From contig BAAIJX010000061.1 of NCBI GenBank assembly GCA_054600435.1, forward strand, positions 62,001 through 123,630: a stretch of DNA of 61,630 nt, read 5' to 3'. Origin of the DNA: Neophaeotheca triangularis. Taxonomy: Eukaryota. The notes beneath the pieces are model-generated. The model searched no databases, had not been told where the DNA came from, and saw only the letters and a list, made by a program, of their open reading frames with translations. How positions within the stretch are numbered: the stretch's first letter is position 1; every line of letters starts with the position of its first letter. The position numbers and the translations under genes are program-made. Below are positions 22,442 through 33,583 of the stretch, one piece after another.

Positions 22442-23865
22442 ATGAAGTACTCCGCCCTCGCCGCCACTTTCGCCACGGCCGTTGCCGCCCAGCGTCGTGG
22501 GAACTACATCCAACCCCCGATTCAGACCAATGTCTCCGTCTTCGATCCCCCAGACAACTACACTCTCCCCCGTGTCCTCTACGGACGTGTGAGGGCTCTG
22601 GAGTGCACTGAGAAGGATGTCCTCCTCGCCACTTGGGAGAACTACCTCCCTACCGAGACTCCCCTTGAGAGGTGCCCCGACAACTGCCCGGAGAACCCCT
22701 ACCTCCCCATCTACCAATCTTACGACCAGGGTCAGACTTGGTCTGAGAGGTCTCGTGTCTACGACACTGAGAACGGCTGGGGTCTTCGCTACCAGCCTGA
22801 GTTGTTCGAGTTGACTGAGAAGATTGGTGACTTTGACATTGGAACTCTGGTTGTTGCCGCCAACTCTCTCCCCTCCGACATCAACGGTACCAAGATTGAC
22901 ATTTACACTTCTTGCGACGAGGGTTATACCTGGGAGTTCGCCTCGAGCGTTGCCACTGGTGGATACGGTCTTCCCGAGAACCAGGTGAGATTTGCTGAAC
23001 GTACTGCTAAACTTCGTTGAGCTTCCTACTAATTATATAATAGTACGACCCCGTCTGGGAACCCTTCATCGCCACCTACGAGGGCAAGCTCATCGTCTAC
23101 TACGCCGACCAGCGTGAAGACCGTGCCGACATCCCCGAGGGCGTCATCAGCGATGAGCGCACTCTCGGCCAGAAGCTCGTCCACCAAGTCACCGAGGACC
23201 TCCTCAACTGGGGCCCCGTCGTCGACGATGTCCGCTACGAAGACCCCCGCCAGCGTCCCGGTATGCCCATCATCACTGAGCTCCCCAACGGCAAGTGGTT
23301 CTTCTCTTTCGAGTGGTTGAACGTCGAGGCCGGCACCGGTTTCGAATACTACTACCGCCTTGCCGACTCTCCCCTCTCCGTCGCCGACGCCGAGGACGTT
23401 CCTCTCCTCCCCTACAACACCGACACCCAGCCCACCGGTACTCCCTACATGGTCTGGACCCCCGCCGGTGGCCCCGACGGCACCATCCTCTGCAGTGACA
23501 ACAACAGCACCTCCGTCTTCATCAACCGTGAGCTCGGCAACCCCGACGCTTGGGAGGAGGTCGAGACCCCGGCCGGTACCGCCTACTCGCGCTCCATGAC
23601 CGTCCTCCCCAACGACCCCTCCCGCATCATGATCATGTCCCCCGGCGACAACAACTCCGAGGGCCTGAACGAGGTCCTCGTCACCACCATTGACGTCGAC
23701 GACGAGGAGCGCCCCTACCCCGTCCCCTACACCGGCCACCAGAGGACCACTGGCCAGTGCGCCGCCAAGCGCCGCAACGGTGCCGGCAAGGGCAAATTCC
23801 CCGGCTCTGGCAAGGGCAAGGGCAAGGGCAAGGACGGCGAGTGTGTGCCTTGCTGCGAGGCTTAG
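22442..23865 (+). CDS. Secreted GH93 exo-alpha-L-1,5-arabinanase-like BNR/Asp-box beta-propeller; intron 22985-23043
   Basis: Signal peptide MKYSALAATFATAVAA; LYGR, LLATWENY, Asp-boxes SYDQGQTW and SCDEGYTW, NGWGLRYQP, PVWEPFI, RPGMP, AYSRS. Confidence 0.88.
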
Positions 23866-25059
23866 ATGAGAACTTTACGTCTTCCTGAGAGATGAATGTA
23901 TATTGTTAATTGCTGTAGCGTAAGCCCAATAATCAAAGACAGCTGCTGTTGCGGTTGGTCGTCGCTACTAAAAGCCATTTTCGCTACTTCCCCAACTGTG
24001 ATTATGCCCCTTCGCTAAACACTGATAAAGCCAATGGTGCCGAGCTCGAAGCATGGCGACGTCGTGAAGCACAGGACGGACTGTAGACATGGAATCGAAG
24101 CCAGGAGTCTAAGAGAGTCGGTCAGGAGTCTGCTTGGCACCGGGAGCATCGAACGATGAACAAACAAGCCGCTAGAGTTCTCGCAAAGCTTTGAAACTAG
24201 CGCATTAAGAGTTTAGGGGCCTCTCGCAATGACTCCTACTACGGCACGCCGTCTTTCTGTTGAGAGGCATCGAGCCCTGGTACCGCCTCAGCCTGCCACG
24301 TCGGCCGACCCAGCTATATCAATAAGTCTGGATCGCTGGGATGTGTTGCCGTGGAGTCGTCGGTGCCGATCGTGCAGGAGAGAGCTACATAGCTTGGACC
24401 GGCAACGGTGTCGTCGTGAATTTTGGCTTAAAAGGACATTCGACCGGTACTTGCAACAGTGTCGACCCCATCGGGACTGCGCTCAGACCCTCAACCGCCG
24501 GCGGAAGCAGCAGGACATCCATGCATCGATTCGATATCTAGAAGTGGAAGAGCCTATTGACGAGACTAGCTGCCAAAGTCTGCCGACGTGTCCACTACAG
24601 TCTGCCGCCATTGCTTGAGGTGAGTCTTCGCTCAGGGGAGAACGAGACGCGTGGAGTTTTTCCTGATCTCTCCCGCCCTCGCGCCTCTAGTCTTCTTCAC
24701 AACACCAGCAACATCTTTCCATCCACGCATCCCCTCGATCTCGACTTGCAGTTGATGGACCAAAAGCTGAGCCTCGCGGGCCCTAACCGCCGTAGCCTTC
24801 TCCTTACCAAGCAAATCCCGCAGAATTTCTTTTCTCCGCCTTCCTCTTCTCGAAAGCTGTAGGTTCGTTGGCGAAAGAAGCTGCGGAGACCTTACCTTGC
24901 ACTACCGCAGACATGGCTTCGTGACTTTTTAATCTTCTCGACCGCTTCGAAAGTATCGGTTCGGGCAACGGCTGCCTGCATGCGTTCAGCTGGGCTTAGA
25001 ATAGCGCTAGGGTAGGTCCGGGGCTTGGAATCTAGAAAGTGTCAGTTAGTAGAAGCTGA

Positions 25060-25692
25060 AAGGTCCGGTCAGAAAGGAAAGCGAACACGGCTACTAGATG
25101 CATTGGGAGATGGAGTAAATGCTTCCCCACTTACATAGGCCCAAGCGGTCTCAAAGCACCGCCTACACGACCACCTGACCACCATAGTGAGGTCGTAGCA
25201 GCGACGCTTCGCCTTCCCAGATCGCAATACCATCCCGGAGCCCTTCAGCAAAACCTCTACACGCGACCCCCGCCACCCCTAGTGGAACGTCTCCGAGCCG
25301 CGGGGTTCGATCTCGACGCCTGTAACGCGAGAGCTCTTAAACTCGATGCATCCTGACAAAGAGACAGAGCCGCCATAGAGGAGACTGCGGTGGGAATTTG
25401 GGAGATGGAGGCGAAGAAAACAAAATTTCGGGAGACGGAGGCGAGGAATTTCGTCTTGGCCAGTTGCGAGAAGAGCAAGGTGCAGGTGGAGGGAGGAGTG
25501 CCCGAGGGGAGGAAGGCTTGGGTACTACACTGTTGGGCAAGCGGACACGGGGACGAGCAGCTCTGTGGCATTGTGAATATGGAGGATTGGTTGGAGGCGT
25601 TGGGGAACGGGTGAGAGTTGAGAATTGCGGAGGGGAAGCAGTTCAAGAAACTGTCGATTCGGACGTCGGCCGGTACTACTGTCTCCTCTTAA
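25060..25692 (+). pseudogene. Probable gene remnant, ~200 codons, with two in-frame TGA stops (25354, 25612)
   Basis: One frame reads as protein-like sequence through both stops (...ARALKLDAS*QRDRAAIEE...WLEALGNG*ELRIAEGKQFKKL...). No start codon is evident. Confidence 0.35.
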
Positions 25693-25793
25693 GCTCAGTC
25701 CCCCTCTGTTGGCTGTCACCGTCCGGCAAAAGTGAAGTTGGAGAGCTGCCTCGGGTTGGGAACATTAATGGTGCAACGAATGATAGATGAATC

Positions 25794-26115
25794 AAAAAGG
25801 CAGTTTAAAGGGACCGGAAGCCGATTCATAACCTCCCTCCCAGTCGTAGTAATTAAAACTCCGGAGAGTAGGTAATTGATACAACCTCGCCAAAAACAAA
25901 TAAACCCCAAGACTGTCGAGGGGGTCAAATTGCAAAAAGAAACTCCCAAAGGGAGAAGAAACCACTTAGCAGAACCCGCACCCGAAGGCTGGTTTGCTTT
26001 TGCAAAGTGTATAGAGCTGGGATTCGAACCGCAGTCTCACCTATAACTTGATAATCTAAGGGGAGTCAGCAAGAGGGATAAGTCTTTGGTTACCAGCCAT
26101 TAGACTATTGTAATT
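25794..26115 (-). ncRNA. Putative Pol III-transcribed structured ncRNA or tRNA-derived SINE-like element, family not recognised
   Basis: On the minus strand: A-box TAGTCTAATGG (26107-26097), consensus B-box GGTTCGAATCC (26030-26020), several hairpins including a UUCG-capped one, and T5 tracts at 25938-25934, 25896-25892 and 25798-25794. There is no convincing ORF and no cloverleaf acceptor stem. Confidence 0.6.
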
Positions 26116-26611
26116 AATTCAAGTTTGTAAATTTCCCATTCCCACAATGGGGTTGGCAACGGGGTAAATATATAGTCTGGAGACTTTTGTCAAGGGGCAT
26201 CACCTGTGACTTGGTGATCTTTAGACTGCAGCTCTTTCACACCCACTATTGAGCGTGACGCGGGCCTCCTTAAGATCCTAGTCGGCCTGTGCTAGTCTTG
26301 ACTCCGCCTTTGAGAACTATCGCAGGGCCCTGGCATTCTTGATCGTGTTTGGCTTGCCATCTCCAGTGCCCCTTGTCGTGATGGACAACCCCACTTCCCA
26401 ACCCACCGTTGCTATCCAAGATGTAAACATGAGAGTGCAAAAAGAGCTGAACGAACGATAGTGTTACCTCAATTCAGGAAGGAAACCAAAGGCCGAATGT
26501 GAAACCGGTGGGCCGAAGGAGAAGAATATATTGGAATGGAGACGTGGAAAGTGAATGATCTTGAGACCGCCTACCTAGGTACTTGCATCACGACGACTCG
26601 CCGTGAAACGA

Positions 26612-27526
26612 CTAAGAATGAGCCTCGCCACTTCTGATCCTCCTACCCTCGTGCATCATCTCAATATCCTCATCCAAAGAACTCCAAGCGCCCTCCTCCG
26701 CCGACGCTATCTCAGCTTCCGTTGCCGGTCCGCCTTCGAGACCTATCGGGCCGCGCTCGATCGCAACCCGATCTGCCAATATCAACAACTTCACCTGTTC
26801 TTCCAAGCTATCAAGTTCTGCGCTAAGAGTTTTGTTCAGGGCTTCATCCTCGTCGGTGGCTCCAGCTCTCCGTCGTCCGTCTTGCTCGCGCACCGCATCT
26901 TGCAGCAACACTTTAGCCTGCCTGGTGAACCTCAAACACTGTTGCGCGGTCTTGATTGTCTCTTTGGTGCTCTCGCGTCCGGTCCTCAGATCCAGTCTGG
27001 TTGTACGCAACATCACGGAATTGTACACCCAATTGCGTACACCCTCGTGGTCCATTTTCTGCATCTCAACCAACTCGGCGTAGAAAGGGCAATCCCCTAG
27101 ACCCAACCCGTCCTGCACGTGACTTGGTTCCCACCCAAACATGACAAAGGCGGGCTCTTGATCAAAGTATTTTTTGAAGCAAGCTCTCCCGTGGAATTCC
27201 GTTGCGAGCCTGTCACGGTTCCACGCCTCGGCGTCAAAGTCCGCTTTTGTAGGGTCTTGGTCTGCGAGCGCCCCCAGCCTGCTGTTGTGCTCGTGCACCT
27301 GCTTGACACACCGCGCCAATGCCTCTTGAACGTTTTCCGGAAGCTTTCCTCCGAACCATGCGGCAGCGTCGTAGTAACGGACCTTGCGGTTCGTTACGCC
27401 CCAAATGTATGAAGCACGAGACAAGTGGACTTGAAATTCGGTCAAAGCTGGGTCTTCGTCACCCACAGCCTCGTGCCACACGTCCAAGGAGTGCTGGAAG
27501 TTCCTCATTGCGATCCAGCGGTCCAT
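26612..27526 (-). CDS. Hypothetical protein (304 aa, helical C-terminal half); possibly frameshifted from an upstream ATG at 27629
   Basis: Long uninterrupted ORF with protein-like composition. No motif recognised. Confidence 0.5.
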   Translation of the reverse strand: MDRWIAMRNFQHSLDVWHEAVGDEDPALTEFQVHLSRASYIWGVTNRKVRYYDAAAWFGGKLPENVQEALARCVKQVHEHNSRLGALADQDPTKADFDAEAWNRDRLATEFHGRACFKKYFDQEPAFVMFGWEPSHVQDGLGLGDCPFYAELVEMQKMDHEGVRNWVYNSVMLRTTRLDLRTGRESTKETIKTAQQCLRFTRQAKVLLQDAVREQDGRRRAGATDEDEALNKTLSAELDSLEEQVKLLILADRVAIERGPIGLEGGPATEAEIASAEEGAWSSLDEDIEMMHEGRRIRSGEAHS

Positions 27527-28259
27527 AGGGCGTGAGGTCTACGGGTTTGGAAAACGAGGTGCGGTTCTGGCGACTCCTATTGGCGCGACGCCTACGCTGG
27601 GCGGAAGATTCGGGTTTCCTGTGCGTCATACTTGATGTTGTAGTTGTTGGTGTTGATGGAATAGCAATGCAAGAATGCGATGAGTGCTAGAAATCTGTTT
27701 TTGGGAAAAGGTAATGTGAAATGTATGAGTGGGATGGACGAATGCAAAATATCTAGAAGTCAGGAGTTGGCATGGGAGAGAGACTCGAATAAGTAGTAAG
27801 AGCAAAGACAAAGACTTGCCCAAAATAGCAAGAGCTTTGTCGAGCTGTTCTTTACGAGAGGTAAAGAGTCTTGCTTCCTTCTCAAAGACAGCATAGTCGA
27901 CCCTTCCACAAAGCCACAAAGACCTAGAAAGCAACTTCCTTTGATACTCATACTGGCCTGGACAATCCGCGCACAACCTTAACAGCTGGGGGGTCATGGA
28001 AGGCTTGCAAGAAGTTCCGTGATTGGTCCATAACGCTGTGTTGAGCCGTTTCAATCAATTGTATCTGGAGATAGGCAGGGGTGGGAGATGTATTCCAGGT
28101 TGTTGTGGAGAGCTTTGGAAAGAGACAATGCTGTCTATCCACGTGGATATCCTAGAAGGGGTGTGGCACAAACGGAAGCGGGACCGGAACGGTGCTTGGC
28201 AGTGCATCTTTGCACTTCATGATCACCGCATACGCCTCAGTACCCTCCTAGAGATTATC

Positions 28260-29410
28260 TTCGCGACGTACCCTTGACCGATGATTGTGCAGAATTGCTC
28301 AGCCACGATGGCCCGAATGGAATGCAGTAGAGTGGACAGCACTTGTTGTTGTACCCAGTTGTACCTTGCATCTACCTCCATCCCGAACAAGCCTTCAGTC
28401 AGATTCATTCATCAGTCAATTGGAGCTCCAGTGCCAGTAGTGTTTCTCTTGACGGCCTTTCAAGTCGACGGTGTAGCTCCACTCGGATCAAGGACAGTCG
28501 ATCGGCTCGTTTCGCTTCCCTCTAGCAGTCGCCAGGTTGATACGCCGCTTCAGAGCCGCACTGTAGACTTTCAAAAACTCGATCCGCTCATCGGAAGGCT
28601 TGTCACCGGACCCGCTCGAGAGGTGAAATCGATAGATATCCTTTCGCATTCCTTCCCGGGTCGGCCTTCTCGGTATAACCATCGATTCTTTCAGCGAATT
28701 TCTTGTCAAGGTGGTACTTGCGGTATTGCTTGCGGAATAGCTTGCGGACTTTGTCTATGTCGTCCCATGTTGAAGCCATGCCGGTATTCTCATTGACCAA
28801 GAATTGGCGTAAATGACGGGCTGCCTAGCATTTTCTTCCTCCGCGCGCGCCTTGTGCACCGCTAATGCCGTCCGCAGCTTCTTCCCGCTCTGGCCCTGGC
28901 GCCTCAAAAACTCTGGCAGATTACCGGCCATGATAGCACCGAGAATGTCGCCATCCATTATGGTCATGATCGAGTCCGATGCCGTTTCGACGTTCTCGGT
29001 GTTGGCGCCCTCGGCATCCATGATAACGTAGCCCATGTTCTGTTTCATGAACTCTTTCAATAGAAGATCAAGACCTCGGTCAGGATCTTTCAACAGGCCA
29101 CTGTAACGCTTTGGGAGTTCGTCTGCATTCGGAGCCGTGGCATCGCCCTCTACATCTGCATCCAGGGTTTGAAGAGCTAGGTTTTCGACGCCAGTCGCTG
29201 ATGCGCTGTTCCAAAGGATTTCACCTTGGGAGATACAGCCATCGTCAACCTGGCGCGAACTTGGGTCGTCTTCGTCGTCGGAGTCGACTTATGCAAGGGG
29301 TTATTAGACGAGAGCAAATGCTTGAGCCAGGTCGATTACAAAGGCATCTCGCACGTCGTCCTCGGATACGTCAGAGAGACCAACACTGACGGCGTATTCG
29401 TCATGTCGGC
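28260..29410 (-). pseudogene. Decayed gene with a GIY-YIG-nuclease-like motif layout
   Basis: Fragments join through frameshifts and stops into ...QPVIYAN(F)LVNENTG...AERIDG...PIDCP*SEWSYTVDLKGRQEKHYWHWSSN*LMNLTEG...YNWVQQQV...AIVAEQFCTIIGQGY. In-frame TAA codons lie at 29289-29291 and 29301-29306. Confidence 0.5.
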
Positions 29411-30009
29411 ATCACCCCAACAGGCGAGTCAGGAATTGTAAACCCGGGAGAGCTGCAAAGCATGACCCAGGTGCCTGGATATCTACGGCGGCCGACGGGA
29501 GTGCCTCGTTAGACTACACTGTAATTGCAAGGCTCTTCTAAAGACCTCAACTCATTGTTGCGACAAGAGGTAACACATGGTTCATACTCACGATCCCTAT
29601 CCCCTATCCGAGTCTCTAGCCTCGCTTCCACTTTACAGACCCCTAGTAGTGATTTCCGTAACAACTCAAGGTGGAAGTGGAGGCTTTCCGATGAGACTAC
29701 GTGTAAGATTCTAATGGATAATGCTAGCCCACCTGAAAGTGGCCGGACACGTACGTCGGCCGACGGGGACGGCTCGTCAGGTCGTGTAGTAATTACGAGG
29801 TTCTTCTAGAGCACTCTATCTAACTGCGGCGACAAGAGAGGGAATCAGGCAGTGGCAGAGCTTACGTCGAGTTGAGCAGGCGACCGAGCATAGTGCAGAC
29901 TCCCGAAACCTACCCTCCGTCAGGCGTCCTCGCCACGCTCCCCCTTTGTAGATTCCTAGCAGTGATTCTCGTGACCACCAGCCTACCATCTTACCCACTC
30001 CGCCTCCCA

Positions 30010-31678
30010 TCACCCCGTAGAACGCAACCACCTCATCAGCACAGTCGAGCAAAGCAACAGCCCACTGCAGGCAATAAAACGATGCTGACGGTAGACATCC
30101 CCTGCGCAGCGTCAGCCCGAGACCCTGCCAGCGCAAGAAAAAAGAATACTCACCTTCCCCTGTCGAACTCAAGATTCCCACAACAAACGCATTCAAAGGC
30201 ACCCTCATAAGCCCATATGTCCAACTGCGGTTTGCGTCCGCCACAACCTTGCTCTTCAACAGCCCAATGCAAGGGAAGTAGAGCCCGACGGAAGCCTCGA
30301 AAATGCAGAAAGCGAGGAAACGGATGTATTCGTGGGAGTTGAGAACGGTAGTCAAGAGGCAGAGGGCGGAGATGGGGAGGCAAAGCTGGATGAGCATTGC
30401 GACCCAGGTGACGGAGTTGGAGGACTTTGTCAGCGACCAAAAAAGGTGGGAGCCGAGCATCCTGAAGGGGGAGAAAAAGGGGGGTGTTAGCGTGTTGTTT
30501 TGGGTGTTTTGCGCGTGCGACGTACATTGCGCTCATGAAGTTTGCAAAGATGATGCCGTAAGGGGCTTCCCCTGAGAGGGTCGGACGGACTCGTTCGAGC
30601 GACGGCACCCAGAAGACGACCATTGCGTACATGGAGCCTTCCATGGCGCAAGTGACGGCGGTAAGGATGACGGTGCGGAAGTCTGCGGCAATGTCAGAGG
30701 ATCAAGTCTCGTTGCAGAGACTTCATCAATCTTACCCGGGCATGCGTCTTTCAAAGACCAAGAGCGATGCGGTGGCAGTCCATATGAAAGGCTTCGAGGT
30801 CCTCCGTAGTTTTCACCCTAGCCGTCTTGTCAGCGCTATCCCTCCAGAAGATGGTTACAAATACACCAACCCAGCGAGCGGCAATTATGAAACCGGCTAC
30901 CATCAGGCAAGCAATGCTACCTGCGAAAGGCGCTCGTTTACTAGAAAATAGCGTAGCAGACGCCTCGCTAGCGAAGCCAGAAACAATCGCGACGACAGCG
31001 TTAATTGTCGCAGCAGATGCCAGCGTGTCTTGAATCATTTCATGGCTGTTCTCCCGTGAAGAAGCTTCAGCGACCATCCAAGCTTCAAAAGCACTGTACA
31101 GCAGTGTCGTGCTGACACCTCCCAAAACTCTACCGGCGAAGAGAGTAGTCTGGCTGTTGACCATGGTCAAAGCGCACGACAGCGCATAGAGGAAACAGTA
31201 GCCCAAACATGCTTTCTTCCGACCGAAGCGATCTGCCAGATATCCTATGCCAGTGGCAGAGATGGCTCCGGATGCAAAGCCCGTCGCAAAGAGGGCTGCA
31301 ACGGTCGATTCGGGGAGTGCATATTCGTGCTTGTATAGCGGGTAGATGAAGGAGCCCTGGAAGATAGAAATGAAATGGTCAGTCGGGACGTAAATAGCCA
31401 AACAAAACTGCATAATTTACCTGCAGCCAATCTGCAGCGACGGCCAAAGCGTAGACAATAAGGTATTGTCTAGAGATGGGAGCCCAGCCGTCCACACTCG
31501 CCGTCGAGGGACCAGAGTCATCCGACTCGTACTCCTTCTCCTCAACGTCTTGCTTGAGTGTCTCGACTACTCTTTCGATGTTTGTTTGACTGGTCTTGAC
31601 AGTCTTTTGATGTTTTCGATAGGCGAGGATAGCGTTGAGGGCAAGTAAAATCACCAGAACAACCAGATAAAGCTCCAT
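30010..31678 (-). CDS. MFS molybdate-anion transporter (MFSD5/MOT2, DUF791 family), multi-exon
   Basis: YLIVYALAVAADWLQ|GSFIYPLYK, ALFATGF, GYLADRFGRKKACL, GRVLGGVSTTLLYSAFEAWMV, W|GENYG, EGSMY..VVFWVP, PYGIIFANFMSAM, FEASVGLYFP, YGLMRVPLN. About five GT-AG introns. Confidence 0.88.
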
Positions 31679-32516
31679 GGTGCTCCGTGTAGTACCGATG
31701 AAAGCTGACAACCTCAGCTTTTGGTTTACACGGAGCGGTTGTACTCGTTACATATCTCAACCAACAAGTTGAAAGACACGGGATGCTGCCCGGGCAGCGA
31801 ATCAGCGGTAGATGAGAATTGCGAGCTTGGTTCTTTCGTTCTAGGCGTGACCACGACAGCGACAAGATTCCATGGCATCTCTTCCATTACGACGGTAGGG
31901 TTTGATGAAAACCATTGGCAGCACTACTGTTTCCTGAGGCGTGGCGTCGTTGGCAACGAGGGCTGTCCCAGCGAACTTCTACTCCACGAAGTTCCCCAAA
32001 CCCAGATGCGGACCATGCGGCACATGTGACAAGATCTTCGCTTGCAACATGTATTGAACAACCCGATTCACTGGATAGTAGGATAGTAAGCAGCTTAGAC
32101 CAATATCACATTCAAACGATCATGTCCGGAGACTGGGCAAAGAATGTATCCCGACGATGCGGTTACGCAAGCGGCCGAGATGGGGGATAGATAAAGTGGA
32201 CCCACTTTTCCGTCCAAACTGTGAGCTTGAACTCACTTCGCGGACGACAGAGCTCTCCTCTCCCCACATCATGCATCTTTCGAGCCCAGGAAACTCGCAA
32301 TCACTCGCTTGGGAGCTACCCAGTACCGAATGAATCCATACCACAAGCATTTATCGCCGCTTAAAGGCGTCCAGATGTCCGTTTGGCGCCAAGCGAGAGA
32401 CGTACGCAAGGGCGATCGCGAGACATTATGTAGCTACTACATACATAGCCAACACGGCTCAGTAGCTCGACGCTGCTAGAGGTTGGTCGTCTCACTCACC
32501 CTTTCCTTCCTCCACC

Positions 32517-33583
32517 ATGTCTTCTCGCCGCTCATATACCATTCTAATCTCCTTTTTCCTCACCCTCGGCTCCGTCTTCTTCTTCGTCGCCCTCGTCCGC
32601 CAACTCAACCCCGAACTGAACGTCAAAGATCAACTCAAGCAAATCATCAACAAGTACGAAAAGGGCCGTGGCGGGAGCAAAATTTCCGGAGACTTTGAGC
32701 GCGCCGAAGCACTATGGCAGAAATCCGTCGACGACCGACAAACGATGATGGCGGAGCTTTTCGACCGACTTCCAGATCGCAAAATCCAAGACTTCATCTA
32801 CCCGTACAACTTCTGGGATCTGACGCGCCCGACCTTTTACTGCCCATTCGATATCGAGCGCGTGGGTAAGCTCGGCGATGGTGGAAAGTGGACTTGCGGC
32901 ATGTCGAGGTACGAGGCTCTCTGGCCGGGACCGTCATCCGAGGGGACCAAGGAAAACGCCATGATCGCCTACTCGTTTGGCGTAGACAAGGATTCGTCGT
33001 TTGAAGCAGCCCTGCTGGAGCGCACCAACGTCGAGATCTGGGGGTTCGACTACTCGGTCGAAGGCTGGGCGTCTGAAGTGGGTAGTGGCAACGACCGCGC
33101 CCATTTCGCCAAAGCCGCCATCTTTAAAGTGTCGAACCCAAAGAGCAACCCGCCTATGCTTGCCGTCCGTGATATCATGAAGTCTAACAAGCACGACTTT
33201 GTCGATATTATGAAGATGGATATCGAAGGGGCGGAGTTTGAGGCGCTGGGGGCGCTGATGGATTCGGCGGAAAAGGAAGGGCTGAAGACTCTTCCTGTCG
33301 GCCAGTTGCTGATTGAGTTACATGTGATGGACAGCACGAGATACGACATCCCAAAGACGGTGCAGAAGATGTTGAGTTGGTTTGAGCGGTTGGAGAAGCT
33401 GGGTATGCGACCGGTTTGGAATGAACACAACTGGATTGGCGACGTTATGGTCGGACATCCTCAATTCATCGAGGTGAGTGGTCGATTTGCTGTATCATCC
33501 CTCTGGCAAGCCATCGCTAACTTTTACAGTACTCCTTTATCAACGTCGAGCACTACACGAACGTCCTTGCCTCTGGCACTTAG
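32517..33583 (+). CDS. Type II membrane SAM-dependent methyltransferase (Methyltransf_22/METTL24-like); intron 33474-33529
   Basis: N-terminal TM segment; CPFDIERVGKLGDGGKWTCG, YSFGV...SSFE, IWGFDYSV, DIMKMDIEGAEF, GQLLIELH. The spliced end reads E|YSFINV...GT*. Confidence 0.85.

Noticed and set aside
23029..23739. Long antisense ORFs (also 40040-40762, 43430-44158, 46302-48416, 51408-52172, 55244-56143)
   Set aside because: These are shadows of strongly codon-biased genes on the opposite strand, with no independent motifs.
25787..25830. SECIS-like idea: an ATGA...GA hairpin downstream of the TGA-containing frame, implying selenocysteine
   Set aside because: There is no proper 11-12 bp helix above a non-Watson-Crick quartet, Dikarya are not known to have Sec machinery, and the TGAs are not in a redox motif.
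26005..26115. Canonical intron-containing tRNA gene
   Set aside because: A and B boxes are present, but the 7-bp acceptor stem does not pair, the T-stem is irregular and I could not build an anticodon arm.
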